NCBI GenBank assembly: GCA_030390025.1
Contig: JASTWF010000344.1
Location: 372,001-436,000, forward strand
Origin: Squalus acanthias
Lineage: Eukaryota
Reading direction: 5' to 3'
DNA: 64,000 nucleotides
Both the position numbers and the translations under genes were made by a program. Position 1 is the stretch's first letter, and each line of letters opens with the position of its first letter. This document shows, piece after piece, positions 61,386 through 64,000 of the stretch. The notes beneath the pieces are model-generated. The model was not told the DNA's origin. It saw nothing but the letters and a program-made list of their open reading frames with translations, and ran no database searches.

Positions 61386-61963
61386 TCGCTGGTTGATCGA
61401 TGCGCAGCCGCGATATTTCTGATGCTGCCTGTGATTTCATGTCCCAAGAAATCTCATTGTCCCAGCAACATGGCAGATTAATGTTTAATTCGTGAGAGAA
61501 TGGCAAACACTTCACATTAAGAAGTGGAACACTCAGAGAAAGCAGGCGTTGACCTCAGTCCCAGTGCTGTATCTACAGGACTATGTATTGGCTGAGTTAC
61601 GTTTAACCTGCTCCGTCTTGTACCCAGTGATGCAGCAGAATAACTTCACTTTGGACAGACACCAGGTGATATTGCTGGGCAGCCAGCATTAATCCAGCAA
61701 TTTATGGTGGGAGTCAATCTCTTGACTCCCCGCTCACTCCCACCCTTCGAGATTCCCTGCTGGAAGTCACGAGGTGGGTACAACACGTGCTTCTGTATAC
61801 GGGCAGCCTTTTCAAAGGTTGGGTAAATGACAGAAGTCAGTCATCAGGGATATCTCCCATTTCCAGTTGGAAGCTCGGGTGGTCTGTCTGCTGTTGCTCG
61901 GGGCAACAAAATAATCCAAAATTAACGGCCAAAAGCTTGTCTAATCGATTGCTGAGGGCCTGT

Positions 61964-62262
61964 CATAAGAACATAAGAAATAGGAGCAGGAATAGGCCAC
62001 TTGGCCCCTCGAGCCTGCTCCGCCATTCAATAAGATCATGGCTGATCTTGGGCTCAAAGCCACTTCCCTGCCCGCTCCCCATAACCCTTCACTCCCTTAT
62101 CTTGCAAAAATCTGTCTATCTTCACCTTAAATGTATTTAATGACCTAGCCTCCATGGCTCTCTGGGGCAGAGAATTCCACAGATTTACGACCCTCTGAGA
62201 GAAGAAATTCCTCCTCATCTCAGTTCTAAAAGGGCGACCCTTTATTCTGAAATGATGCCCCC
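61964..62262 (-). mobile_element. CR1 3' end fragment
   Basis: CATAAGAA tail; similar to 41396-41700. Confidence 0.85.
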
Positions 62263-62868
62263 GTCACAGATACCCCCCACCCTCGCAGGTAGACACCCGC
62301 CCCACCCCACAGTCTGACCTCCCTCCCCCTCTGATCGGAAGTTGAGCTTCTGAAGCAGGGCTCATTATGGGGAGGACAAGCGGGCTCCAAAGTGCAACTC
62401 ACTGCTCCAGTGTACAGAGTCGCGCAATGTGTGCCGGGTGTGAATCGTGCGCGCGCGTGCGAGAGTGTGCATGCGTGTGCTGTCGGCCTTGGGCCTCTGC
62501 GACCATTAATAAAAGAAACAGTGGGGTACTCCTCCCCCCCCCCCCTCAAACTTCGACAGCAGTCACTCCTCCCCTGCTGTTGCCCCCCCCCCCCACCCCT
62601 CGCTACTATTGCCCCCCTCCCACTCCATCTTGGGTCACCACTAACCAGGAGCTGAACTGGACCAGCGATATTAACACCGTGGCCACAAGAGGACGGGGCT
62701 GGATTCTCGGACGTGAGTGACTCACCTCCTGACCACTCAAAGCCTCGCCACCAACAAGACTCAAGTCAGGAATGTGATGGAAAACAAAAAAACTCAAAAA
62801 TGTGAATCTTTTTATTTGAACAACAGATTTACAGGGAAATGAAGGAAATGTTTAAAATGACCAAAGGA

Positions 62869-63579
62869 TTTTTTTTTTTTTTAAATTCAGTCACGGGATG
62901 TGGGCGTCACTGGCAAGGCTGGCATTTATTGCCCATCCCTAATTGTCCTCGAGAAGGTGGTGGTGAGTCGCCTTCTTGAACCGCTGCAGTCTGTGTGAAG
63001 GTGCTCCCACAGTGCAGTTAGGGAGGGAGTTCCAGGATTTTGCGACGACGAAGGAATGGCGATATATTTCCAAGTCAGGATGGTGTGGGGCTTGGAGGAG
63101 AACTTGGAGGTGGTGGTGTTCCCATGCGCCTGCTGCCCTTGTCCTTCTAGGTGGTAGAGGTTGCGGGTTTGGGAGGTGCTGGTGAAGAAGCCTTGGTGAG
63201 TTGCTGCAGTGCATTTGTAGATGGTACACACTGCAGCCACGGTACGCCGGTGGTGGAGGGAGTAAATGTTTAAGGTGGTGGATGGGGTGCCAATCAAGCG
63301 GGCTGCTTTGTCCTGGATGGTGTCGAGCTACTTGAGTGTTGTTGGAGCTGCACTCATCCAGGCAAGTGGAGGGTATTCCATCACACTCCTGACTTGTGCC
63401 TTGTAGATGGTGGAAAGGCTTTGGGGAGTCAGGAGGTGAGACACTCGCCGCAGAATCCCCAGCCTCTGACCTGCTCTTGTTGCCACAGTATTTATGTGGC
63501 TGGCCCAGTTAAGTTTCTGGTCAAAGGTGACCCCCAGGATGTTGATGGTGGGGGAATTCAACGATGATAATGCCATTGA
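62869..63579 (-). mobile_element. L2/Crack-like LINE 3' fragment, same family as 29640-30918
   Basis: ORFs 63328-63576 and 62926-63297 match ORF 29705-30262; T-run at 62869-62882. A decayed plus-strand piece of the family lies at about 62630-62780. Confidence 0.8.
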
Positions 63580-63855
63580 GACACCTGGTGGTGCTTGTAT
63601 ACAAATCTTTGAAAGTGGCAGGACAGGTTAACAAAGCAGTTAATAAAGCATATGGGATCCTGCACTTTATAAATAGAGGCAGAGAGTACAAAAGCCAGGA
63701 AGTTGTGCTAAACCTATATAAAACACTAGTTCGGCCCCAGCTGGAGTATTGTGTCCAATTCTGGGCACCGCACTTTAAGAAGGACGTGAAGGCTTTGGAG
63801 AGGGTGCAGAAGAGATTTACTGGAATGGTTCCAGGGATAAGGGATTACAGTTACA
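63580..63855 (+). mobile_element. CR1 ORF2 fragment
   Basis: Encodes KAYGIL.FINRG...LVRPQLEYCVQFWAPHF. Confidence 0.8.
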
Positions 63856-63859
63856 TGGA

Positions 63860-64000
63860 TACAATCACCCCCAACACCCCCTCCCATCCCCACAGCACCT
63901 TCCTGTGCAAGCGCAGGAGATGCAACACCTGCCCTTTTACCTCCTCCCTTCCCACCGTCCAGGGCCCCAAACACCCCTTCCAGGTGAAACACCGATTTAC
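63860..64000 (+). mobile_element. Penelope fragment (Cys linker region), runs off the window
   Basis: TGCAAGCGCAGGAGATGCAACAC...CAGGGCCCCAAACAC matches the reverse complement of 13980-14070. Confidence 0.75.

Overview
Repeat-rich vertebrate genomic DNA, most likely from a cartilaginous fish (inferred from the mix of CR1, L2, RTE, Penelope and DeuSINE-like repeats). Two host genes lie on the minus strand in the same order as in human: the last coding exon of KLHL26 (54415-55996) and coding exons 1-4 of CRTC1 (37441-37566, 11721-11837, 8932-9069, 7100-7161). CRTC1 intron 3 is a minor-spliceosome (U12) AT-AC intron. CRTC1 intron 1 (25.6 kb) is almost entirely nested retroelements, and the window holds about ten minisatellite or low-complexity arrays. 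The most notable observation is a family of short (about 170-230 bp) non-coding insertions: five full copies and two half copies. Each full copy is a 132-199 bp near-perfect palindrome plus a constant tail of about 30-35 nt, flanked by an 11-16 bp target-site duplication. Three copies carry a minimal type-I hammerhead ribozyme motif on both strands, with covarying stem II. They look like Penelope pLTR-derived elements made by fold-back during insertion. A coding Penelope (RT + GIY-YIG) with its own hammerhead, an intact CR1 ORF2, a Harbinger-like MITE and a Harbinger Myb/SANT exon are also present. Family assignments come from motif recognition only; no database search was run.
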